NCBI GenBank assembly: GCA_963832395.1
Contig: CAWHTV010000004.1
Location: 1,780-65,779 of the forward strand
DNA: 64,000 nucleotides
Reading direction: 5' to 3'
From: an uncultured delta proteobacterium
GTDB taxonomy: Bacteria > Desulfobacterota > Binatia > Binatales > Binataceae
Shown: piece after piece, positions 23,374-34,975 of the stretch
Layout of the letters: each line of letters begins with the position of its first letter
How positions within the stretch are numbered: the first letter of the stretch is position 1
The notes under the pieces: model-generated
Databases searched by the model: none
Told to the model about the DNA's origin: nothing
What the model saw: only the letters and a program-made list of their open reading frames with translations
Program-made: the position numbers and the translations under genes

Positions 23374-24232
23374 ATGAACCCTTCATTTCTCAGACACGTT
23401 TCCTGCGCCGGTCATCGACTCCGCGGATGGGCGGGAGTCTGGGTCAAAGCGTTACTTTTGTGCTATCTGCTGACGTTCGCGCGGCCTTTGACCATCGTGG
23501 CCGCCCCGGCCGGCGGCATGGCAGAACCGCAGAGCGGTCAACTAAGCCTCCCGCAGGGGATGGGCTGGGACGATTGGCAAGTGGTTCGCGACCAGCACTC
23601 CCAACGCGGAACGGTTAGGGTTCTCGTGCCCAAAGGCGAGGCAGCCGCCACTGCGAAAGTACGCGTGGTGCTTGTGCAGGGGCCAAAGCCGAGCTTTCGA
23701 TTCGCCTCAGGCGATCCTCGATAACATCGTTCAGACGGCGAAGCAGCAGTGTGAGAAGGTCAGCGCGCATTCGATCCGTAAAAGCGATGAGGATCTGATC
23801 TACGAACTACGGGGTTATGGGTGCGCGGGCCAAAAGGGCGAGCGCTATCTGCTGCAACGGATCGCCTTCATCAAAGAATGGGAGCTCCGAGTGACTTACG
23901 CCTCGATGAGCCCGACCGACGACTTGCCTTCTCCCGAAAAGGCGCAAGCCATCAAACTCCTGTCGTCGGTCACGATCGTAGCTGCTTCGAGTCCTAAGGC
24001 CTCTGCAGGCTGGTTTCTAATCACCCCGCCAAAAGCCAGTAGTCACTACGACACTTCGGCTCCCTTGTCGAAATGGAAAATCGAAGAGGGAGCAGGCTCG
24101 TTTGAAAAATGCAAAGAGCTTCAATCGTTTTTGAGCTCTCTCGTCCTCAAACAAGGCAACCCAAGCGACATCGAACAGGTAAAGGACGCTCGTTGTATCT
24201 CGATGGACGATCCAGTCCTCGAAGGAAACTAG
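23374..24232 (+). CDS. Secreted hypothetical protein with C-terminal WFLITPP domain, frameshift near 23695
   Basis: ORFs 23374-23724 and 23672-24232 join; C-terminus 'GWFLITPP..SHYDTSAPLSKWKIE...ARCISMDDP'. Confidence 0.55.
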
Positions 24233-24335
24233 GAACCCAGTCCAACACTGACGCGGCGAATGCCGTGGTATCATTGAGCGACTGCGGCGTCTTCCTCATG
24301 ACATACCTGCCCGAGCAGCAACCGAAGGAGAAGCA

Positions 24336-24971
24336 GTGAATCGGACACCCCCTGTAAGCGACCGCAGCGCGGCAGAGGTTATCGGCTACGCACTCACACG
24401 GCGGCAAATGATCGGCTTGGGCGCGATCGTGCTGAGCGGTTTGGCGATGGCACGCGGCGTCGCCCTGGCGGATCCTTCTGCTGAATCGAATCCGGATGGC
24501 ACGCAGACTGGTGTCTCGTTCCAGCGCGATATCGACGCACTCTCAAGTGCCAGCGTTCTTTATATCGCCACGGTCCGCAAAGACGGCAACCAGAGCACGG
24601 CGGCGCCAGTATGGTTCACCCTCGCGCCAGATCACCTGGTGCTTATTCAGACGCAGCCCACGACGTGGAAGGCAAAACGCATTCGCCGCGGCAGCCCTGT
24701 AATCGTCTGGATAGGCAAGAAGCACGGTCCGGCGTTTATCGGTAAGGCGGAAATAACCCACGATCCGGCAGTCGGCCACCAAATAGTGGAAGACTATCCC
24801 AAGAAGTATTTGATGGCGCGATTGGGGTTGAATCGCCCGACCCAGGAGATGTTCGACAAGGGTCAGGTCATTTCAATAAAAATCACGCCGGTTCGCGATT
24901 TACCTGACGGATTCGCTTCCGCGCCCGGCACGCCCGCGCCGAGCGTAGATGGCGAACACCAAAAACCCTGA
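24336..24971 (+). CDS. PPOX/split beta-barrel family protein with Tat-like signal (paralog 2)
   Basis: Highly similar to 22558-23187; 'TRRQMIGLGAIVLSGLAMARGVALA'. Confidence 0.75.
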   Translation: MNRTPPVSDRSAAEVIGYALTRRQMIGLGAIVLSGLAMARGVALADPSAESNPDGTQTGVSFQRDIDALSSASVLYIATVRKDGNQSTAAPVWFTLAPDHLVLIQTQPTTWKAKRIRRGSPVIVWIGKKHGPAFIGKAEITHDPAVGHQIVEDYPKKYLMARLGLNRPTQEMFDKGQVISIKITPVRDLPDGFASAPGTPAPSVDGEHQKP

Positions 24972-25019
24972 CGCGCGCCCTTCCGCGATGCCGCTTCCGA
25001 AATACTAGAGATTAGAGGA

Positions 25020-25611
25020 ATGCGGCAAACGCAGTGGCTATCGGACGTGAGGTACGTCGCGGAGCCTGCACGAATCGCGAACCTGCTTAGTGCGTCGCGA
25101 TTCGTACTTGGCGCCGCGTGGTTGGTCGCTTTTGTATATGGCGCCCGGCGTCCCGAAATTCTCGGCTCAATTGCTCTGAGCGCCGCAATTTCCGATTTCG
25201 TCGACGGCCGCGTCGCGCGCCGGACGCACTCCACTGACGCTTTCGGACGCTGGCTCGACAACCTGGCCGACGTTATTCTTCGTCCTGACGGCTCTCACGT
25301 GTGAGGTCTTGGCGGGAGCAATCCCCGCTTACATACCTGCTTTGATCGCCGCTTCGTTTGTTCAATATGCAATCGATTCGGTACTGATTAGCGGCTCTTC
25401 CGCTCCAGTGAAAAGCCGACTCGGGCATTGGGGTGGTGTTGTCAATTTTGCCCTGGTCCTTCTGCTCGCGTTCGCTCCATATCCTCGATGGCCTGGCATG
25501 CTGGTCCGCGAAGCGTCGCCGCTTATCGCCATTTTCTATCTGCTCGCGATTCTCGAGCGTACGTTCAAGGCTACGGCCGGTGCGGATCGAAACGATCCGA
25601 GAAACGTCTAA
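25020..25611 (+). CDS. CDP-alcohol phosphatidyltransferase family protein, frameshift near 25280
   Basis: 'ANLLSASR', signature 'SDFVDGRVARR....FGRWLDNLAD'. Confidence 0.82.
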
Positions 25612-25647
25612 ATGTTGATTGTCTAACTAACTCTGTGACTGGCGTTT

Positions 25648-25693
25648 AAAAAGCGACCGGGCAGCGGAGCTTCCTTCGCTCCGCTGCCCGGTC
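25648..25693 (-). terminator. Intrinsic terminator of the DUF1329-DUF1302 operon
   Basis: Perfect 16-bp stem gaccgggcagcggagc / gctccgctgcccggtc, 7-nt loop, then a U-tract on the minus strand (aaaaa at 25648-25652). Confidence 0.8.
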
Positions 25694-25775
25694 CAATGCT
25701 TCGGCGTCGAATGTCCAGAGCTTACAGCGCCGTTGCTCTCGTCGACTTTACTGTTTTCCCTTGGCCAGGATGAAA

Positions 25776-27544
25776 TTATATTGGAACGACATATACAACA
25801 TACTCTTGCCCTTGAAACCGCCGCCGGCAAAGTGAGTTAAGCCGGTCGTTCCCGAGAATACCAATATAGCCGAGTGTCGCGAAGTATTTGTTAGTCCACG
25901 GCGGCGTCATCATCAAAGTGGGGAACAGCAGCGTCGTGTTGCCCGAGGGATTCCAGATCATCGTGTAGGTCGGCAGGATGGCGCCCCACCACAAGCTGGT
26001 GTTGGCGCTGAACAGAATCTGTTCCTCGTTGTGGCGCCAGCGTTCGGCATAGGTGTCAGTAGACCAGGTTTTTCCGTAGCCAACGATAGTATACTGATTC
26101 CACTCCAGATTGGTGGTCAACGTGCCGGTGCTGGTCAGCCAGGGGACATAGAGACCGTCCATGTCGAGCGCGACCAGTGTGTTGATCGTGCTCTTGTCGA
26201 CCACGCGCGTTCTGAACATCTATGTCGGTGGTGTTGATCGGCGTCCGGTCCTGAAACATCCCTTCGGTCCGGAGCACGAAAGGCACGTTGGAGAGAATCG
26301 CTCCCGGCAGATAGATCGGCCGGTTCAGCGTCGCGCCGATATCGTTGAACTGCGGAAATCCGAATTGCAGATATTGAGGGTCGCCCGAGCATTGCCTACC
26401 ACGTAACCCGGCGCGCCCGGCGTGCTGAACCTTCGTTGAACTGGTGGCCATGCCAAGTATATCATCGGTGATTTCGGCGTTCTCCACCAACGTATGAATG
26501 CGGAAGCCCTCGGTCGAACTGCCCAACTGGTCGCCCGGCAGGCGGTAGCTAAAGAAGGGCGACGCGAAGTTGCCCGGCGCTACGCAGCGGCTCTGCACAA
26601 CTTGCCCGCACAATTGAGGAAAGGAGGTCATGTTGTTCGGCACCCCGGGCGTTCCGAACGAGACGGAGTTGGTTGCGTCTCGAAAGCGGCCCGACGATAC
26701 CAGAGTGAATGGCGCAGATCAGCGAAACCGACCCGGCGACGTCGTGCTGTCCGTCGTACCAGTTGCTGTGCGGATTTGAGGATCCTGGTTCGGGGTGTCA
26801 ACCGAGGGGTTGTACATCGGCTGCCAGGCTGGCGTCCAAACTCCTTCGACGAAGTTCGCAGTGAGTGGCCCGAAATCGGGGAACTTGTATATCGGATGCA
26901 CCATCCACAGAGGCATCCGCGACTGCTCGAGGTTGGCGAAGCCGAAGTTCCAGGTGAAATCCTGCGGGTTGATCACGTCGCCTACGCGGAAGGCCAGCGA
27001 CTCACCCCAAGTCACGATCTGGCGGCCCAACGAACAGCGTGAGTGGTCCAGTCGTGTTTTTCCAGTACGCGTCCCTGACGATGTACGGGTTGTAGTAATC
27101 CCCATGTCTGTCAGGCCGGCTCTGTACTCGTACGGGTAGGACGGCTCGTAGACTCCCCAGCCGCGAACAAAGAATCGATTGTTGCCGTTCAGGATGTAGT
27201 TGATGTCTACCTGCAGCCAGTTACGTTCGATCGCCAGCGAGTTCTTGCTCCTGTTGTAGCGGATGTTGTTGGATTGGACCCACATCCCGGTGGTATTGCT
27301 AATGAAGCCCGAGACCGATAGTCCCTTGATGCGGTCCCGGCGTCTCGCTGAAATCAACCACGGCATGTTGCTGCCATACTACCGCGTCATGAAAGACGCC
27401 GGTGAATCCCGATTCCTGCGTCTGGTCCTGCGCGAGGACTCCACTCGCCGAAAGGCCAGCCATCGCGAGGAATGCCAAGGCGATCACACCCAACCCCTCG
27501 ATTATTCGTCCTGTCTTTTTCATAGCCTCATGCCCCGCCAACAC
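25776..27544 (-). CDS. DUF1302-family outer-membrane beta-barrel protein (frameshifted)
   Basis: Signal peptide; 'ERNWLQVDINY', 'GRQIVTWGESLAFRVGDVINPQD', 'LEQSRMPLWM'; C-terminal aromatic barrel strand; usual synteny with MMPL/YCF48/DUF1329. Confidence 0.7.
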
Positions 27545-27602
27545 GTTGGTTAATCCAGGAGTGCACTTGATCCCGATGACGGCACACGCCGTATCGGTGC
27601 TA

Positions 27603-30000
27603 CTAGTCCACTGCCACTTGCTCCTTGTGACGCCCTACGTCTTCCACGCCGCCAAAAATGAACCGCGGCCGAGCCCACGCTATATAAGCAGGAAGTATCG
27701 AAAGTCCCATGATCACGTTGGTGAACATCAGGATGATTAGCAGCACGCTCATTTCGTTATGGAATAGCACGGGCGAGAATACCCATGGTGCGAGTCCACC
27801 GATGATGACCGAGAACGTCGCGAGCACCGCCGCCCCCGTCCCTCTAAGGGCAGTTGTTATTGCATCCTCGAGGGTCTTGCCTTCCATGCACTCATCCATG
27901 ATCCGCGAGACCGTGTAAATTCCATAGTCAACGCCAAGGCCGATTCCAAGAGAAATGACCGGAATCGTATCGATGGTGATGCCGATGTCCATCGCCCTCA
28001 TGTAGATGAACGCGGCGAAATTCGCCGCGATACACGAGATCACGAACAGCAGCCCGGCGACGATCGAACGATAGGTAATCGCGCAGAACAGGAATACCAC
28101 TCCGAGCACGAAGGTTATGTTGAGAAAGTCGATTTCGTAGAGTACGTCATTGGCGGATGCATAGAGACCCGCGATTCCGCCGAGATACAGCACCTCGATC
28201 TTATCGAAGGCCGGGTCCGTGTGTTTCCGGCTGTTGACGAAATCCGCAAGTTGTTCCTGTACGCGGGTCAGAGTCGAATAGGTATGGTCGCGCAAGCAGC
28301 ACTCGCATGCATGCGTCGTTGTTCGTCAACGATAGCCAGGCATCAGCTTCACCTGGCGCGGTTCCGGCGACGAAATAGCGTGAAGAGTGCGAACGAGTCA
28401 TCGGTGCTAGCCGGGATGGTCCGATATTTCGGCTGGCCGTAATGAAACATCCGGTTGAAGGGCTCGATGATGTCGGGCACGACCGAGATTACTCTGTCTA
28501 CATCCGGGTCCTGCAGCAGATGATTGGTCAGATCACGCTGAACGCGCAGCACGTCGGGCGACATGATATCGCCCGCTTCTCTGAACAGATGTTTTGCGTT
28601 CTCCTTGGCGCGAATGATGACCCAGCCTTCGTCGAGGGGAAAGACGCGCCTTACGGCATTGATATCCTGGTTGACCTTGGCGTCCTGGCGATACAGCGGC
28701 GTTCCGGGTTGGCTGTATCCAATCTTGGCGCGTACTCCCGCAATGAACCCGACCACGATGACCAGGCCGACTCCTGCCAGTGCCCCTTCTCGTGCAAGTC
28801 CGGGGGTGACGGGGAAGTCCACCGACCAATCCGCCAATTTGTCCAGCCACGGCCAGCTGCTTGCCCTGCTCGCTTGCCTTCAGCGGCGGCGGGGTCTTGA
28901 GATAGCTCATCATGATCGGCTGGAAAATGAACACCATCGTGAGACTGCCGCCCAGCCATACGGCGCCCGACGAAGCGACGTGCTGCAACGACGGAATACC
29001 GCCAAATGAGATGAACACGATGCCGGCGATATCCGCGAGAATCGAAAGCATTCCCGGCGGCAACATCAGAGTAGTAGTGGCCGCGATGGAGCTGTGCTTG
29101 TCGTAGTTGCGCGCCTCCAACTCGTCGTAATAGCGTCCCTGCCACTGGATGCCATGGCTCATATCGCGCGCGGTCAATATGAAGCGAATCACCAGCATCA
29201 CGGGGTCGAACTCGAACCCTTCGAGCCCGATAAATCCAAGACCCCAGACTGTCGCCAGGGTGCCGGTCACCAGTGGCGCCCACCAGGTGCTGCGACCTCG
29301 AAAGAAGGCATACAGGATGAGAATCATGATGCCGTCGGAGATGAAGAAAATCGTGACCAGCGTGGGCAGATAGTAATACCCATAGCCGCGAATCATCGGC
29401 TCGCCGGCGGCAAAGACATCCGTGTTGCTATCCGAGTATTTTTTTACGATCTCCTGAACTTTATTGAACAGCTCGTGATAGCTTAGCCGTCCTTCCGTAA
29501 AGGAGGCGACGATCGCGGCGCTGCGGCCGTCATCGCTTACGAGATATCTGATTTCCTGCCGATGGATGTTTATCTGACGGCGAAGCTCGTCGATATCAGC
29601 CTTGGTCTTAGGCACATCCGGATACATGTAGGTCTTGGAGACCAGATTGCCCGGAAGCGCGGTGACGTAGGTGACGCGATAGGAAGACAACGAACGGATC
29701 GACTGATGGATTACGGCGGGAAGCAGATCGACGTCGAGACTGATATCCTGGATTTTCTTCAGGGTTTTCTCATTGTAGATGTCACCTTGCTTGACCTGCA
29801 CCATCAAGGTCAGCGTCTGCGCGCCGCCGTATCGGCCATAGTCATGGTAGAGCCGGACGTAGGGATGATTGCGCGGGAAAAAGTCGACAAAACTGGTGGC
29901 GATGGTAAGTTTACTTACGCCGTAGCCGAAGTAGGCGGTAATGGCCAGGAGAAAGTATGCCAATCGACGCCCGATGCTTTAATATAAATTCGCCGATCAC
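27603..30000 (-). CDS. MMPL/RND-family transporter (frameshifted), paralog of 47668-50070
   Basis: 'FVDFFPRNHPYV', 'AGEPMIRG', 'ILTARDMSH', 'ISLGIGLGVDYGIY'; GTG start overlaps the upstream TGA. Confidence 0.85.
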
Positions 30001-31002
30001 TCTTGACTAACCTTTTTCCAATGGCCGCCGCCATCATCCGTTCTCAGGATCGTTCCGTTAAATCCGACGGCAATTCCCGTCTGACCTGAAAATGCCACGT
30101 CGTTAAGGACCGAGAAGGTGGGCTGCACCGAGGCGGCCTTTCCGCTGCCATCCAAACTCGCGTTGAGCAACACGCCATCATCACCCGCCATCCAGAAGCC
30201 GCGTCGGTAAAGACCATCCCAAACATCGAGGATTTCGTCGGCGAAGACTACCGACTGCCAGGTTTTTCCACCGTCCGAAGTGACGAGGATCGTCGCCCCC
30301 TGACCGGTGACCCAGCCATGCATGACTGTCGCGAAAGCGAACCGAGAAGTAAGCCGGTTGACGGAAATTCCCTCGATTGCCGCCGCTCTGAGCCGTCCAG
30401 GTTTTGCCGCCGTCGGTCGAGTGCAGAATTGTCTCGAACTCTCCGACCACCCACGCGTTAGTTAGCGTCCGTAGCAGCAACGTCAAAGAAGGCAAAGCCG
30501 TTCTTCTGTCGTGCCAGTTGCCAGCTCTGCCCACCATCCTGCGTGGACAGGAGCGTCCCATTCACGCCGGACGCAACGGCATTTTTCGCGTCCGTCGGCG
30601 CGACGCGATATATATTGTCGAGTCACCCCGGACTGTTGCTTCTCCCAGGTTTTGCCGGCATCCGTTGTTCGCAGGATTAGACCCTGTTCGCCCGAAATCC
30701 ATCCGTTGACCCGGTCGGGAGCGAATCGAATGCTGAACAGATCAAGCCAGCTAAAGGGGTAGATCTTTGCAAGCTGTGAGCGCGTCCAGGTCTTTCCATT
30801 GTCATCCGAGGTCAGAAACACCCCGGACGCGCCCACCACGAGCCATCTGACCGGACGGAAGGCTCGCCACACTGTAGAACGCGTCGGTAGGACCGAAGAC
30901 CTTGGAGGAACTTCGGCCGGTCGCGCCCGTGACGGCAAGGCTTACGACCGCAATCATCAACAACGCCAGTGTCCGCCGCACGTTTCCCCTCACACTACTC
31001 AA
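29997..31002 (-). CDS. YCF48-related / BNR (Asp-box) repeat beta-propeller (frameshifted)
   Basis: Repeated Asp-boxes 'TSDDNGKTW', 'TTDAGKTW', 'STDGGKTW', 'TSDGGKTW', 'TDDGGGHW'; signal peptide. Confidence 0.82.
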
Positions 31003-31083
31003 GCCGGCCTCCTTGATATCCGACTAACCATCGCTTGCACGATTTCCTTGGGATCGGTCTCGCCGTTGGCGTCATCGCTTCGG

Positions 31084-32433
31084 CTATTGAGCGATTTTCA
31101 TCAGGCCATCAGCGGTCCCGTACCTGGCGATGTTAGTCCATCCACCAGCGTCGCAGTCGTGATCGATACAAGGGATCGTGCCGATATACGTGCTGGCATG
31201 CTCGTCTTGGAAATTGGCCGCGTATCCGGCGGCCGGCGCCAGAGTCAGCAACTTGTCCTGCGTGTTAGGAATACCGACGACCAGATTGAAGAGCAAAATC
31301 ATCTTGTACAGTTTTCCGCCAGCGTCATAGAGATCGAAAGCCAGCGGGAACAGCGAATCCTTGTCCACGTAGAGAACGCGTTTGCCATAGCAGTAACCCG
31401 TGGAGTATTGCGGCAGCCGCGTGTACTCGATTACGTAGACGTCCCTGAGCTCCCAGTTACCGGACGCCCTGGTAGGAAAGGACAAAACCTGCTTGCCGGC
31501 ATTTTCGTAATATTCAGGCGGTAGACCAGTGGAAGTGCCGCAACTCGCATAGGCCTTGGGGTTCTGATGCACCAGCGCCAGCAGTTTCATGCTTTTGATG
31601 TATCTAATCTTGAAAAGCTGCGGCAGACCCGGAGGGCCTCCGTCGAGGTCTTCCCAGGTGAAATCACTGCCGAAAAGCGGAGCGCAACGGGCCGCTTCAG
31701 AAAGCCGCAGTGAACGTCTGAGACTGGGCACATAGGAGTACAGCTCGTCGATCTTGGTCGGATCGTTCGGTGCCAGCAGCAAGGTTGCGGTGTACTTGCC
31801 CTGCTCGGGCGCCGTCTGCTCGATGTACGCGGCCCGGTAATAGCCACCGTTGTCGGGAAGCTCGACGGGATAGGTGGGAGAGCTCAGATGAGTCATCTGG
31901 GTAAACACCACGTTGGTATCGGAGGTGCGGGTCATGTTCCCGTATCGGTCGACCGCCGTGGTGCAATTGGGTGCGAATTCGGTGCGGGCCTGCGGGCGAT
32001 AGTAAGCATCGTAGTGAATTTCCTGGCCGATGAGAGCGGGGTTTTTCTCGCTCAAAGGATCCGGGAACGGAGCGCCCGCCGTATAGTTCTGGACGGTATA
32101 GCCGCCATCACTTCCGGTGGGAACTACCCTGGTCTGATTGCCATATTTTTCGGTGTTCTCGATGTACAGCTTCGGTCGCCCAATCGGCATAGTGGGGCCG
32201 ACTACGATCTCAGCGTTCTTGGGAAACGACCAGAAATGGTCGCCCTTGAAAGAGCGTGACCATGCCGACCGTCATGAAGTCTTGGTACTTCTGCCAGTTT
32301 GAGAAATTGACCACTGTCCCTGGCGGGATAGTAGCGTCAGCCGCCATTGCCTTCCCTATGGGCAGGAGAAGAAGAAAACCCGCCGCCAGCAGCAACCCCG
32401 CAACCAGCTAATCGGAGCTTCATGTTGGCTCAT
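31084..32433 (-). CDS. DUF1329 family periplasmic protein (LolA-like), frameshifts near the 5' end
   Basis: GAGG RBS then ATG at 32433; 'IPPGTVVNFSNWQKY', 'NYTAGAPFPDP', 'YVPSLRRSLRLS', 'YGKRVLYVDK', 'DLYDAGGKLYK'. Confidence 0.78.
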
Positions 32434-32580
32434 GACGCACCTCTGTATTTTTAAGCTTTCGCGCATCTCTCCATCCTTAATCTTCGACCTTTAGAATTCG
32501 AAAACGTAACGCAATCGTCAGAATCGACACACGGAAAACCCGTCCGCGTTTTATGTGGATACTCCTCTTTCGACCGACAA

Positions 32581-32596
32581 AGCAAGGACGGTGCCA
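32581..32596 (-). promoter_or_regulatory. Sigma54 (-24/-12) promoter for the DUF1329-YCF48-MMPL-DUF1302 operon
   Basis: Minus strand TGGCAC-CGTCC-TTGCT, an exact match to TGGCAC-N5-TTGCW, about 150 bp upstream of the ATG. Confidence 0.75.
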
Positions 32597-32778
32597 TGGA
32601 AATTGCAGCGTGTTTTTCCTCTGTGGGGATGCGCTCCGATGCACGCGCGAAGGGCATCCGCTGAAGATTTGAACATCATGGCCCCGCATCTTTTGACCGT
32701 CATGGTCCGAATCTTTGAGCCATAGCAGTATTAGCCGGATGCTTTGCACTGCGCATCATGAATGCGTAGGATTCTTGC

Positions 32779-34266
32779 GTGGCAACGAAGCCCGACGTCG
32801 TCATCGCCGGCGCAGGTCCGGCCGGAAGCACCGCCGGATATCTGCTCGCGGGGCTCGGCTTTCGAGTGCTGCTGCTGGAAAAAAGTCGAGTTTCCCCGCT
32901 ATCGGATCGGCGAGTCGCTAACCCCAAGCATCCTGCCGGTCCTGGATTTTATCAAGTTGCGCCAGCCGGTGGAGAGCGGCGGGTTTCATGCGCATGCCCG
33001 GTCATACCGTATGCTGGGGCAGCCCGGAGCCGCGCACCGGGTACTACAGTCCGGACAAATCCAGAATGGGCTTCCAGGTCTGGCGCGAAAGCTTCGACAC
33101 GCTGTTGCTGGAGAATGCGCGCCGCCAGAAAGGGATTGAAGTCAAGCTCGGAGTGGGCGTCAACGAAGTCGTCATTGACCGGCGTGGCGTGACCGTACAT
33201 GCCGCGCGCCAAGGGCCAATCAGGACGCGATTCTTCGTCGACGCGAGCGGCCATGCCGGGGTTCTCGCGCGTCAGGATTTTCGCCAGCGCGACCCGGACT
33301 TCAAGACGCTCGCGGTAACCGGCTACTGGCGCGATGCCGCGGCGCCCGCGGGCGATGATTTCGGCAATACCCTGCTCGAGGCGTATGAAAACGGCGTGGT
33401 ATGGTCTGTCCCGCTGCAAAACGGACTGCGCAACGTCACCGTGCTGGTCGATTGGAGCCAGGGCCGGCGCATCCGCGAGCTCGGACTGCGCGATTTCTAC
33501 CTGTCCGAAATGAACAAGCTTTCCTACGTCTCGAAATTTCTTTCCACGGCCAGCCTGCCCGCCGCGCCCAGGGTCTCGGACGCGACCCTGTATACCGCCC
33601 GTCAGTTCGCTGGCGAACGCTTCCTGCTTCTGGGCGACGCTGGCCTGTTCATCGATCCTCTGTCTTCGGAGGGCGTGCAGACCGCGATGGCGTCGGCGAT
33701 CACCGGCGCCGCGGTGATAAACACGATCTTGAATCGTCCGGCGGCCGCCGCAAGCGCCCTTATTTTTTATCGCGACGCACAGAATAACGCCTACTCGACG
33801 CACTACCGCCAATCCGCCGAGTACTACGACCAGGAACGAAGATGGCCGGATTCGATTTTCTGGCGCAGGCGCAGCGGCCTGCTGGCCTCCGCTCAGGCCG
33901 CGGGCGCAAACGGCAACGGCGCGAGCGCCGCGCTCAAGCCGCCGACCGAGGTGTCGCACGTGCGCGTGGCCCCGAACGTCCGAATCGAGCGGCGGCCGGT
34001 GCTGGAATGGCCCTACGTGGGGACGCGCGAAGTCCTCGTCAACGAGAGCAACGCGCGCGGACTTCGATACCTTCATAACGTATGCGTGCCGTCTCTGCTC
34101 AAAGAGATAAGGAAAAAGCCCGCGATAGTCGACATCGTGGCCGGTTATCTGAATCGGCGCGAGGCAAGGAACGCCGGATTCCGGGATGGTGCGAGCCGCC
34201 CTGGTCCGGCTCTACCGGGAAGGCGCTCTCATAGCGATCGAGCCACGCGAAATCCAATCAGGCTAG
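32779..34266 (+). CDS. qhpG: FAD-dependent monooxygenase (Trp halogenase/hydroxylase family), probable QhpG; frameshifted
   Basis: 'GAGPAGS' Rossmann motif, 'FPRYRIGESL', 'FFVDASG', 'GDAGLFIDPLSSEGV'; C-terminus 'LVRLYREGALI...SG*'; lies in the qhp cluster. Confidence 0.75.
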
Positions 34267-34975
34267 CGCGAAAATTGGGGCTGTTCCTGAACCGGTACGA
34301 AATTCGGCAGTATCGCGCAAAAAGCATCCACGAGCCTCCGCGCAGCACGCGCGATGAACCCTGCTCCGGTCCGCCGGGATCGCGCGGCGGCGAGCGGGAA
34401 TAGTATTTCGCGTCATAGTAGTCGGCCACCCACTCCCACGCATTGCCCACCATATCGTAAAGACCATAGCCATTGGGCGGATAGGCGCCCACCGGCGTCG
34501 TGCCTTCCTGATTGTCATAGTTGGCGAGCTCGTGCGAGATTTCCTCATCTCCCCACGGAAAGAGCTTACCCTCCAGGCCGCCGCGCGCCGCCCTTTCCCA
34601 CTCGGCTTCGGTAGCCAGTCTGGTCCCCGCCCATTCGCAATAGGCCATCGCGTCAACCCATCCGGTAAGCACCACCGGATGGTTTTCATGGCCGGCGCGG
34701 AAGCTCTTGCTGTCCCGGTCCCAGTTCGCCCACTCGGCCCTGGGATCGTCCATGTACGGCACCGCATATCCGGTCTCCAGGACGAAGCGCCGATACTGGG
34801 AATTGGTGACGAGGTTCTTTGCGATATAGAAAGCGCTCACGAACACTCGATGAGCCGGGCGCTCGCTGGGATAACCCTCGTCGCTGCCCATCAGAAACTC
34901 GCCCTCGGGAATCAGCACCAGCTGCGAGCCGTCCTTTTCGTTGGTAATCTCAGTCAGTTTTTCCATCAGGTTCAA
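34229..34975 (-). CDS. Formylglycine-generating enzyme (SUMF1/PvdO) fold protein
   Basis: 'IPEGEFLMGS', 'RLATEAEWERAARGG', 'PNGYGLYDMVGNAWEWVAD', 'RGGSW', 'IGFRVA'. Confidence 0.9.
   Translation of the reverse strand: MNLMEKLTEITNEKDGSQLVLIPEGEFLMGSDEGYPSERPAHRVFVSAFYIAKNLVTNSQYRRFVLETGYAVPYMDDPRAEWANWDRDSKSFRAGHENHPVVLTGWVDAMAYCEWAGTRLATEAEWERAARGGLEGKLFPWGDEEISHELANYDNQEGTTPVGAYPPNGYGLYDMVGNAWEWVADYYDAKYYSRSPPRDPGGPEQGSSRVLRGGSWMLFARYCRISYRFRNSPNFRASLIGFRVARSL

Larger units (their letters stand above)
22280..24971 (+). repeat. Diverged tandem duplication of a [WFLITPP domain + Tat-PPOX] unit (about 22280-23187 and 24008-24971)
   Basis: Shared DNA such as ggctggtttct.atcac.ccgcc, cactacgacac.tcggc, gccagtgttctttatatcgccac / gccagcgttctttatatcgccac, gtccgcaaagacgg.aaccagagcacg. 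Confidence 0.85.

Noticed and set aside
32779-34266. Halogenase for a halogenated natural product
   Set aside because: No clear WxWxIP halogenase motif (reads 'VVWSVP'), and the qhp context fits the QhpG hydroxylase better
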